Below are positions 10,410 through 18,684 of a stretch of DNA of 64,000 nt, one piece after another. The first letter of the stretch is position 1. Each line of letters opens with the position of its first letter. Location of the stretch: positions 300,519 to 364,518 of the forward strand of contig JARVJZ010000001.1 of the NCBI GenBank assembly GCA_029775855.1, given 5' to 3'. Under the pieces are notes generated by a model. That model had not been told where the DNA came from, searched no databases, and saw nothing but the letters and a program-made list of their open reading frames with translations. The translations under genes and the position numbers were made by a program. This stretch comes from Nitrososphaeria archaeon. Lineage in GTDB: Archaea; Thermoproteota; Nitrososphaeria; Nitrososphaerales; JAAOZN01.

Positions 10410-12167
10410 TTGGTTAAAGAGTTCTACGGATTACGTAGGTTTGCTGCATATTTGCTCTACATAGGGTTTGGAGCTTTTTCAACACTCTTCGTTCTAAGTA
10501 TAATCGCCGCTCTCGCAAACATTCCAAACTATGGAGCAAAGCTAGCGGGACAGAACTGTGCTTGTAGAGTTCCTAATGAGCTTATTGTGTATATTGATGT
10601 TGGAGGGTTGATGCTTGGAGTAGGGTTACTTGTGCCAACACTCCTTTTCTCAGGCGCTACAATCTACCTTTTTGCTAGCCGAAGGCTCGAGTTGAGTAAG
10701 GAGTTCAAAAGATTTTTATCTGTAGGGGTACTCTTAGCCGCTCTAATTGCAGCCACACTGCTACTTACGACTTCTCCTCTACCTGAGAAGGGTGAAGCAA
10801 CGTTCAACTCTATAAACCCTTATCCGTTAACAGTAAGGCTGCTTAATGGCTCTACCCTTACTACAAACGCTTTAACTGGCAAGGTTGTTGTAGCTCAATT
10901 CTTTTTACCTGACTGTCCTATCTGCGAACTGCAGCTGCAGGAATTAAAGAAGATTGTTAATCAGAAAAGTGTGAATGCTGTGTTTATGCTTGTTGTACCT
11001 TCGTGGAGCCACGTTAGTTTGGATGAGTTGAAGATGTTCGCTCAAAATGTACCTGATAAAATTTTAGTTGGTTTTGATGTAGGTACATCTACAAAAGAAT
11101 ATGAAGTGGATGTTGTGCCTATTATGGTGGTTTTAAGCTCCGATAGGTCGATTGCCTTTATACATATAGGTCTTGCTAAAGATGATGAATTGATGGATAT
11201 GTTGTCAAAATTGGGCGCATTAAGGACCGATGTAAAAGAAGATTTGTTAGAAGAGGTTAAAGAAGGAGTGGTATATGTTTATGTTGAAGATCATCTAGAG
11301 GTGCCGCTAATTCAACGTTTAGCAGAAGGCTTTAGACAAAAGTATCCTAATATAAGTGTAGTCATACTTTGGCCAAACTGCTGCGGCTCAGGTAAAACCT
11401 TGTGGCCGGTCGACATTATAACAGGTTCAAATATGAGCCTCTTGACGGAGTTAAAAACTATGGGTAAGCTGAGAGTGATCAAAGAGGCGCCTCTTGACTA
11501 CTTTCCATCTTGGGCGAAAGATAATGAAGGCTTTTGGGTCGCTCAAGGCATAAAGGTAGATGTTCCAGCATATAATAGGGCTTTACTTGATAAGCCACCA
11601 CATTCTTTCTTACATATGGTTCGGCTAAGTGATCTTACTGTACTAGGCAAGCCAGACTACAGCATCAGAAGTTCATCTTTTGTAGCGTTAACTCAACTCT
11701 ATGGTATGGATTATTGGTTTAGCTATAGGAATTCATCGATGCTGGTGGTTCCTCTGCTTAGAGTAGCAGATATACTTGCTTCCGGGGATAGAGCGTTAAC
11801 ACCTTTTATTCCACTTTCTGAATATGTTAGGGCTAGAAGTTTAAACGAAAATGTGCTCTACTTTCTGCCAGAAGAAGGGATCTTCGTAAGATTAAGCTGG
11901 ATAGCTTTAGCCGCAGATTCACCACATCCAAACACGGGTGAACTTTGGCTGCGCTATGTTTTATCATATGAGGGGCAAGTGATGAGACAGAGTATCTACT
12001 TTGACCTATCAGCTAGGCTCGATGTTGGAAGTGAGCCCTACTTTGATGAGATTTTGAAGGCTGTGAAGAGCTATAATGTTGTTCAGCCTGAATGGTCTTC
12101 TTATTCTAGAGATTTAGAGAGATACTTGACGTTTTTTAACGAATTGTTTCCTACAAGTAATTCGTGA
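10410..12167 (+). CDS. Membrane-anchored fusion: 3 TM helices, TlpA-like thioredoxin domain, AfuA/FbpA-like solute-binding domain
   Basis: GKVVVAQFFLPDCPIC (Trx fold); AYNRALL...P, PEEG, SPHPNTGELWLRYVLSYEGQ (solute-binding fold). Confidence 0.7.
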   Translation: MVKEFYGLRRFAAYLLYIGFGAFSTLFVLSIIAALANIPNYGAKLAGQNCACRVPNELIVYIDVGGLMLGVGLLVPTLLFSGATIYLFASRRLELSKEFKRFLSVGVLLAALIAATLLLTTSPLPEKGEATFNSINPYPLTVRLLNGSTLTTNALTGKVVVAQFFLPDCPICELQLQELKKIVNQKSVNAVFMLVVPSWSHVSLDELKMFAQNVPDKILVGFDVGTSTKEYEVDVVPIMVVLSSDRSIAFIHIGLAKDDELMDMLSKLGALRTDVKEDLLEEVKEGVVYVYVEDHLEVPLIQRLAEGFRQKYPNISVVILWPNCCGSGKTLWPVDIITGSNMSLLTELKTMGKLRVIKEAPLDYFPSWAKDNEGFWVAQGIKVDVPAYNRALLDKPPHSFLHMVRLSDLTVLGKPDYSIRSSSFVALTQLYGMDYWFSYRNSSMLVVPLLRVADILASGDRALTPFIPLSEYVRARSLNENVLYFLPEEGIFVRLSWIALAADSPHPNTGELWLRYVLSYEGQVMRQSIYFDLSARLDVGSEPYFDEILKAVKSYNVVQPEWSSYSRDLERYLTFFNELFPTSNS

Positions 12168-12291
12168 AAATTTAACAATAATTTTTTGGAAATATGAGTC
12201 TTAAATAAAGATACTAGAATAGATGACAAGTTGTGGAATTAAACGAAACTTTTAATATCTGTTTTAGGCGAGGTTTGTTAGTGAGCCTTCA

Positions 12292-13200
12292 GTGCAAGAG
12301 CATATAACCTTGATACTTGGGGGTCTTCTCTTAGGAGGCATTTATTCGATGATAGCTTTTGGTTTAACTCTCACATTCGGCGTATCAAGGATCCTTAACG
12401 TGGCTCACGGCGACTTCCTTATCTTAGGCAGCGTGATAGGATTGATGCTGCTTGATCTATTAGGGTTAAACCCGTTTCTTGGTCTTGCTATAATAGCGCC
12501 AATCTTTTTTGTAGTTGGTATGGCTTTCGATAGAGGTCTTATCAGAACCATTGTAACAAGAACAGCTGAAAAGGCTCTTGCAGCATCTATAGTAGTTACA
12601 GTAGGGCTTTCTATGGCCATAGAAGACTCTACAGCCTACTACCTGGGTCAAGCTGGAGGCTGGGCTGGCGGCTTAGGATACATCTCCATACCCTATAATC
12701 TACCCGCAGTAGCATTATTCGGCTACTATCTACCAACCGTAAGACTACTAACACTCATCACTATTGTAGCTATAGCGCTTTTGTTGTGGATTATAATAAC
12801 GAGAACTTACATCGGTAAAGTGATTAGAGCAACAATACAGGATAGAGAAACAGCTATGGCTCTGGGAGCTGACGTCGGTTTGACATCGGCTATAACGTTA
12901 GGAATGGGTATAGCCTTAGCAGCTATAGCAGGAGTCTTCTACGCTATGATAACAAGTGTGTCACCATTCGCAGGTCTAGGTTTAACGGTCAAAGCGCTTA
13001 CGATAGTAATATTGGGAGGCTTAGGCAGCCTCTTCGGCTCAATCTTAGGAGGACTTATAATAGGATTAATAGAATCCTACGTCTCATACTACGCAGGCAC
13101 TATTTGGGCAGCGCCTATGTCGATCTTCATACTTATAGTGGTTTTGCTCGTGAGACCTAGAGGGCTATTTGGGCGAAGAGTTGAGGAGGTCAGAAAGTAA
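12292..13200 (+). CDS. livH: Branched-chain amino acid-type ABC permease
   Basis: GLTLTFGVSRILNVAHGDF, IRATIQDRETAMALG, VILGGLGS, VRPRGLFG. Confidence 0.92.
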   Translation: MQEHITLILGGLLLGGIYSMIAFGLTLTFGVSRILNVAHGDFLILGSVIGLMLLDLLGLNPFLGLAIIAPIFFVVGMAFDRGLIRTIVTRTAEKALAASIVVTVGLSMAIEDSTAYYLGQAGGWAGGLGYISIPYNLPAVALFGYYLPTVRLLTLITIVAIALLLWIIITRTYIGKVIRATIQDRETAMALGADVGLTSAITLGMGIALAAIAGVFYAMITSVSPFAGLGLTVKALTIVILGGLGSLFGSILGGLIIGLIESYVSYYAGTIWAAPMSIFILIVVLLVRPRGLFGRRVEEVRK

Positions 13201-14178
13201 ATGAAGACAAGTAGAAAAAAACTTTCGCTAAGGGCATTAATTCTTCTAGTTGTTACGCTGGCTATATTCGCTACGTTAGCGCCTATAATATCCCCATATC
13301 TTAGAGTTGTCTTTGTCTTTCTTTTCACATACATAATCTTAGCCGAAAGCTATGACGTGTTCAGCGGATACACAGGCTATTACAATCTTGGACATGGCGC
13401 CTTCTTCGGATTGGGCGCATACATCTTTGGTGTGCTAGTGGGTGGAGTTAGAGGAGGCTATTCGCCCGTTCTAACAAATCCTTTACCTTTGCCTGTAGCA
13501 ATAATAGCGGCAGTCGTAGCTGCAGTAGCCTTCGCAGCAGCCATAAGTGTACCATACTTCAGATTAAGAGGTGCATACTTCTCGGTAGCATCGCTCGGAT
13601 TAGTGCTGCTGGTTTACTACCTAGCAAACAACCTACGCGCCTTCACAGGAGGACCTGAAGGACTCCACTTACCTGGACACGGTGAGATGTCTTCGCTTGA
13701 AGCCTACTACTTACTACTTCCCGCAGCTCTAGCTTCAATAGTTACGAACTATTTAGTATCTAAGAGTAGGCTTGGTTTAGCCCTCATCAGCATAAGAGAG
13801 GATGAAGATGTTGCTTTAGAATACGGAATAAACACATACAGGATAAAAACCTTAGCAATAATTATTAGTGCAGCCTTCTCAGGATATGCAGGAGCAGCCT
13901 TCGCTCACGCGATAGGCGTCGTTAATCCTACTGGTATGCTTGGGCTTGAAATAGCGTTGGCACCTGTAGTTATGACGCTCTTTGGCGGGATGGGTAGCTA
14001 TATAGGTGCGCTTATCGGCGCAGTGACTTTAACAGTTATACAAGAAGCGCTTTATACTCAAATTGCATACTTCCACCTCTTTACGTATGGGGTTCTCCTA
14101 TTGATTGTAGGACTCTTGGCGCCAGGAGGCATAGTTAGGCTGGGAGTGTTAAAGAGAGTATTCAAGCCCCCTGAGTAA
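13201..14178 (+). CDS. livM: Branched-chain amino acid-type ABC permease
   Basis: GYTGYYNLGHGAFFGLGAY, RLRGAYFSVASL, SIREDEDVA..YGIN. Confidence 0.92.
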   Translation: MKTSRKKLSLRALILLVVTLAIFATLAPIISPYLRVVFVFLFTYIILAESYDVFSGYTGYYNLGHGAFFGLGAYIFGVLVGGVRGGYSPVLTNPLPLPVAIIAAVVAAVAFAAAISVPYFRLRGAYFSVASLGLVLLVYYLANNLRAFTGGPEGLHLPGHGEMSSLEAYYLLLPAALASIVTNYLVSKSRLGLALISIREDEDVALEYGINTYRIKTLAIIISAAFSGYAGAAFAHAIGVVNPTGMLGLEIALAPVVMTLFGGMGSYIGALIGAVTLTVIQEALYTQIAYFHLFTYGVLLLIVGLLAPGGIVRLGVLKRVFKPPE

Positions 14179-14225
14179 GAGGTTAGTAAAGCAAATAAGT
14201 TAAGGTCCAGTATTAATATTCTGAT

Positions 14226-14456
14226 ATGAGCATTAGAGTGGATTACCACTGGCTAAGCCGAAATCCCTACGCCTTTAGGGAATATGCTGGAATGTATATT
14301 GCTATTGTTGGCAGAGAAGTTGTTGGCTCAGGGGAGACCGCTGAAGAAGCATATAAGAAAGCATCAGAGAAATGCGAAGGCAAGACACCGGCGATAGGCT
14401 ACGTTAGGAAAGGCGATGGTGGACTACATCTTCTCACTGGTCAAGCTGGGGGCTAA
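14226..14456 (+). CDS. DUF5678-like small protein
   Basis: WL......EYAGMYIAIVGREVVGSGETAEEAYKKA pattern. Confidence 0.65.
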   Translation: MSIRVDYHWLSRNPYAFREYAGMYIAIVGREVVGSGETAEEAYKKASEKCEGKTPAIGYVRKGDGGLHLLTGQAGG

Positions 14457-14458
14457 AA

Positions 14459-15169
14459 CTATACACCTAAGTATGCTTGCATCACATATTTATCTGACAT
14501 AAGGTCGGCTGAGCGGCCTGACTTTACGATTCTGCCGTTCTCTAGAATAAGGGTTCTATCACTCATCTTTAGTGTCTGCCTTACGTTCTGCTCCACTAGA
14601 AGTATCGTCACACCTTTCCTGTTTATGTCTTGTATCAGTTGGAAGACTTGCAGCACTATATTAGGCGCCAACCCTAATGAGGGTTCATCTATCATCATCA
14701 GTTTAGGCTCTGACATAAGTGCTCTTGCTATAGCAAGCATCTGCCTCTCACCACCGCTCAAAGTTCCTGCGAGCTGTGCAGCTCGCTCTTTGAGGATAGG
14801 GAAGAGCTCAAAGACAACCCTTATGTTATCTTTCATATTGGCTCTAGCCCTCTTCGGTAAAGCACCTAGCTGAATATTTTCAAGCACAGTCATATCTGGG
14901 AAGACTCGTCTACCTTCTGGAACATAGCAGATACCGTATTCAACTCTTTTCTTAACAGATTCTTCCCCTATATTAAATGAATCAAACATAATTTTGCCAG
15001 CGCTGTGCGGTACAATTCCAAGTATAGATTTCAGCAAGGTACTCTTTCCCGCGCCATTAGGTCCGATCAGTGAGAGTATTTCTCCTTTTTCAATGTTAAA
15101 ACTCACATTCCAAAGCACTTGAGCAACTCCATATTTGACGTTTAGGTCTTCTACGGTTAAGAGTGGCAT
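14459..15169 (-). CDS. livF: ABC ATPase
   Basis: GPNGAGKS, VPEGRRVF, LSGGERQMLAIARAL, DEPSLGLAP. Confidence 0.95.
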   Translation of the reverse strand: MPLLTVEDLNVKYGVAQVLWNVSFNIEKGEILSLIGPNGAGKSTLLKSILGIVPHSAGKIMFDSFNIGEESVKKRVEYGICYVPEGRRVFPDMTVLENIQLGALPKRARANMKDNIRVVFELFPILKERAAQLAGTLSGGERQMLAIARALMSEPKLMMIDEPSLGLAPNIVLQVFQLIQDINRKGVTILLVEQNVRQTLKMSDRTLILENGRIVKSGRSADLMSDKYVMQAYLGV

Positions 15170-15894
15170 CAGATCGCCTCTCCTAAGTATGCTTTTATTA
15201 CGTTGATGTCGCTTGTTACTTCTGATGGAGTTCCTTCAGATATCTTTTCGCCGTGGTGTATCACTACCACTCGATTGCAGAGTCCTGTTATGACTTTCAT
15301 AACATGCTCGACTATGCAGATCGTTATGTTTCTTCGGCTTATCTCTTTTATTGTATTCATAAATTGTGATAGTTCGGATGGGTTTAACCCGCTGGCCGGC
15401 TCATCTAGTAGGAGAAGTGAAGGTTTAGTTGCAAGCGCTCGGGCAAGTTCGACGTTTTTACGCTCTAGAATGTTAAGGTTCTTTACATATTCGTTTCGCT
15501 TATCGTATAGGTTGAGAAGTTTCAGGATTGATGATGCTTCTTCAACCGCTTCATCGTCGCTTACCTTGTTTACATGCCCAAAAAACCTACCTACGAGTGC
15601 GTTTTGCAACACAGTTTGGTTTAGGAAGGGTTTGCTTAATTGGTGTGTGCGTGCTATGCCTTTTTTGCAGATCTCGTATGGTTTATGTTTTGTTATGTCT
15701 TCTCCTTTGTATATGATTTTGCCAGAATCTGGTTTTAGTATGCCTGTTAATAGGTTGAAGACGGTGGTCTTTCCTGCTCCGTTCGGTCCTATTAGTCCCA
15801 GTATATCGTTTTCTTCGATTTTGAAAGATAGTTCGTTTACTGCAATTAATCCGCCAAAGCGTTTCGTTAGTCTTTCTGTTTGCAGAATTGTCAT
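15169..15894 (-). CDS. livG: ABC ATPase
   Basis: KRFGGLIAV, GPNGAGKT, LLLDEPASGLN, VEHVM, VIKAYLG. Confidence 0.95.
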   Translation of the reverse strand: MTILQTERLTKRFGGLIAVNELSFKIEENDILGLIGPNGAGKTTVFNLLTGILKPDSGKIIYKGEDITKHKPYEICKKGIARTHQLSKPFLNQTVLQNALVGRFFGHVNKVSDDEAVEEASSILKLLNLYDKRNEYVKNLNILERKNVELARALATKPSLLLLDEPASGLNPSELSQFMNTIKEISRRNITICIVEHVMKVITGLCNRVVVIHHGEKISEGTPSEVTSDINVIKAYLGEAI

Positions 15895-15945
15895 ACTGCG
15901 CCCTTATAGGTTTGTTTCATAGGTAATATAAGTTTGTTGTATTTT

Positions 15946-18516
15946 CTAAACTATTGGTTTTTCACTAATTGTTTGCGTGATTTCTATAAGTCTGGTTGCC
16001 ATCTCTTTCATATTTCTTAGGACTTCTATGGCGCCTTTTTTGAGTAGGAATTCGTTGTTGTTGCCACATTTGTATGAGTAGGTGCACCTTGGGCAGCCTG
16101 ATTCTGATGTGCATCTGCAACCCTCAACTATTTCTAACGCTTTTTTATGTGCTTCTTCGAATCTGTCGTAGAGTGCTTTTGTTGCGCCGTTTCCTCCTAC
16201 TGCACCATCGTAGATGAAGATGAGTCCTGTTGTGCCTATGCTTATGCCTCCCATTTCTTCTGCTACGCCTCCTGTTATTGGGTTGGTTGCTTCTATCATT
16301 AGGTGTTCGGTTGCGTGGTAGCTGCTCATTAGCGCATATTCTTTTTGGTCTCGGTATTGTTGGAGGATTTGGTGTGGTGTTGGCGCTTTGAAGACGATAC
16401 CTTTTGTGTTGAATCTGTAGGTTACTGGTTGGTGTAGCAAGGTTGGTCTTCCTTTCGCTGTTGGGTTATTGATTTCTATGTTCACATATCCTATCACCTT
16501 CTTCTCTATCTCTAACTCGACTCTTTTAATTTCTAAGCCGTAGATCTGTTTTGATTCGATTACGTGTTTGATGTGGGGCCACTCTTCTTTTAGAGGCTTT
16601 GTGTAGTAGGGGTAGTTTTGAGGTAGGGTTTCTACTTCGGCGTAGCTTTTTGCGCCATTTACTTTCAGTGTTTTGCTTTTGTATCTTATGCCTGCGTGTA
16701 GATATACGGCTTCTGGGTGGAGCTCTTCTAATGCTTGGGGTAGCGCTCTCTCACCTATCTTTTTGCTGTTGAAGATTATCGCTACGTTTTCTCCGCTTCC
16801 TCTTATGTTGTATGCTGATAGGATTCTTCTGGCAGTTGGTGTGTCAGCTTTAAACACGTCTTTGACTCGGTAAAGTAGTCTTCTTGCCGTTAGGTTTTCT
16901 ATGATCTGCTTGTATTCTTGGAACTCTTTTATGTGGATTGGTTTGTCTAGTGCTGCTGCTAGGATCTGTTTTTCTGCTACGGTTGGGTTAAATGGGTCTG
17001 TGTATGCGTGGGGTATGTCTTTGAAGTATTGCTCGGGGTGGTTTCGGTAATATTGGCTTATTGGATCGTTGTCTCTTAGTAGGAGATAGATTAATGCCTC
17101 TTGACCTCTTCTGCCAGCCCTTCCAGCGCGTTGTATGAGTCTGTTTATGGGCACTAGGTCTGAAACTACGGCGTCGACTGAGCCTATGTCTATGCCTAAT
17201 TCGAGTGTGGGTGTGGTTGAGATGGCTTTGAGGATACCTCTTCTGAAGTCTTCCTCAACTTTTTTACGCCATTCGTCTGGTAAGCCGGCTCTGTGCACAG
17301 CGATGTTTACACCTTCACGCTTTGCGTAGTATGCGTTCAGCTCGGCGCTGAGGTGTGAGCTCGAGAAGATTAGCGGTTTGTATCTTGCTTTGAAGAGTTT
17401 TTTGATGGTGTCGACTACTAATGCGCGGTGGCTTCTTAGGGTTGGGAAGAGTATGGTGAAGTGTAATGCGCCGTGTTTTCCTTTGTCTTCTTTGATGACT
17501 TTGAATCTTCTTCTGAATAGTGTTTCGCAGAATTCTGCTGGGTTGGCTATGGTTGCTGATGCTGCTATTATTTGCAGTCTGTTTGCTATTCTTTCGAGTC
17601 TTTTGATTATGAAGTGGATGTTTGAGCCGAAGGTGCCTGTGTAGACGTGAACTTCGTCTACTACTATTATCTTTGTTGTTTTAAGTAGTCTGCTGAAGGC
17701 TGTTCGGTGTATGAGGTGGTGGTGTATGGTGTCGAAGTTTGTTAAGATTATGTGTGGCGGCTTTTGTAGTATTCGCTCTCTTTCTTTTTTCGGCGTGTCG
17801 CCGTCGAAGACACCTATTTCTATTCCTACTGCTTCGGCGAGTCTTTTGATTTTAAGTTGTTGGTCGCGTGCGAGCGCCTTTGTTGGGTAGATGAAGAGAG
17901 CTTTGATCTTTGGTTGCTCGATTCTTAAGCCGCTTAGCTCGTTAGCTTCGGTTGAGAGCATAGTTAGTATTGGTATGGTGAAGGCTTCTGTTTTGCCGCT
18001 GCCTGTTGGTGCTGCTATGACGACGTCTTCTCCTTTAAGTATGTGTTTTATTGCTTCTGCTTGGAAGCTGTAGAGTGTGTTTATGCCTATTTTGCTTAGT
18101 GTTTCTGTTAGGGGTTTGGGTAGGTTGTGTGTTGAGGTGTCTATTGCTGTTGTTGGTTTTTCTTCTTCTATGAGTTTGTAGTATACTAAGTAGTCTTGGT
18201 TTGATCTTAGTGATTCTTCTAGGATTGGTGGTATAGGTTGACCTCTGTTTTTGGCTTCGTTGATTATCTGCTCTACTTCGGCTCTTCTGCGGATGAAGCC
18301 TTCAGACTCCAAAATCTCTTCCAGCGGCTTCTTCAGGTTGATTTCACCTTTGTCATAAGCGAGGAGCATTTGCATATACTCCTCATCTTCGCTCTTGCCT
18401 CTTGTTCGAAGGAGATACTTCAAGCCACATTTAACGCAGTGAAATAGTGCTCTACCATCATATGCTCTTTTTAAATCTAGCTTCGTTTTACATCTTGGGC
18501 AGCGATACCTTTGCAC
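15946..18516 (-). CDS. DEAD/DEAH-box helicase with C-terminal DUF1998 Zn domain (Hrq1/MrfA-like) and N-terminal Zn ribbon
   Basis: APTGSGKT, DEVH, SAT, LELGIDIG, QRAGRAGR, CRC...GCPRC; N-terminal CPRC..CVKC. Confidence 0.92.
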   Translation of the reverse strand: MQRYRCPRCKTKLDLKRAYDGRALFHCVKCGLKYLLRTRGKSEDEEYMQMLLAYDKGEINLKKPLEEILESEGFIRRRAEVEQIINEAKNRGQPIPPILEESLRSNQDYLVYYKLIEEEKPTTAIDTSTHNLPKPLTETLSKIGINTLYSFQAEAIKHILKGEDVVIAAPTGSGKTEAFTIPILTMLSTEANELSGLRIEQPKIKALFIYPTKALARDQQLKIKRLAEAVGIEIGVFDGDTPKKERERILQKPPHIILTNFDTIHHHLIHRTAFSRLLKTTKIIVVDEVHVYTGTFGSNIHFIIKRLERIANRLQIIAASATIANPAEFCETLFRRRFKVIKEDKGKHGALHFTILFPTLRSHRALVVDTIKKLFKARYKPLIFSSSHLSAELNAYYAKREGVNIAVHRAGLPDEWRKKVEEDFRRGILKAISTTPTLELGIDIGSVDAVVSDLVPINRLIQRAGRAGRRGQEALIYLLLRDNDPISQYYRNHPEQYFKDIPHAYTDPFNPTVAEKQILAAALDKPIHIKEFQEYKQIIENLTARRLLYRVKDVFKADTPTARRILSAYNIRGSGENVAIIFNSKKIGERALPQALEELHPEAVYLHAGIRYKSKTLKVNGAKSYAEVETLPQNYPYYTKPLKEEWPHIKHVIESKQIYGLEIKRVELEIEKKVIGYVNIEINNPTAKGRPTLLHQPVTYRFNTKGIVFKAPTPHQILQQYRDQKEYALMSSYHATEHLMIEATNPITGGVAEEMGGISIGTTGLIFIYDGAVGGNGATKALYDRFEEAHKKALEIVEGCRCTSESGCPRCTYSYKCGNNNEFLLKKGAIEVLRNMKEMATRLIEITQTISEKPIV

Positions 18517-18529
18517 ACAGCTTCTTCTT

Positions 18530-18684
18530 TAGCCGTGGTTAATAAAATTGAAGAGCCTATAGCGTTCACATTTTTCCGCTACCCCTTTATATAGTGTGGT
18601 GCAAGATGGGGGGTAGCGCCACAACCAACAGCAGAAAGGCTTAAATCGAACCCAAAACCATATAATGGAGCGAGAAAAGGGTCG
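18530..18684 (+). promoter_or_regulatory. CRISPR leader / divergent promoter region
   Basis: BRE/TATA-like GAAAGGCTTAAAT about 40 bp before repeat 1; second TATA-like TTTATATA at 18586; degenerate repeat is at the opposite end of the array. Confidence 0.7.

Noticed and set aside
15203-15922. Long antisense ORFs (also 27979-28575, 24237-24737 and many others)
   Set aside because: Shadows of well-supported genes on the opposite strand.
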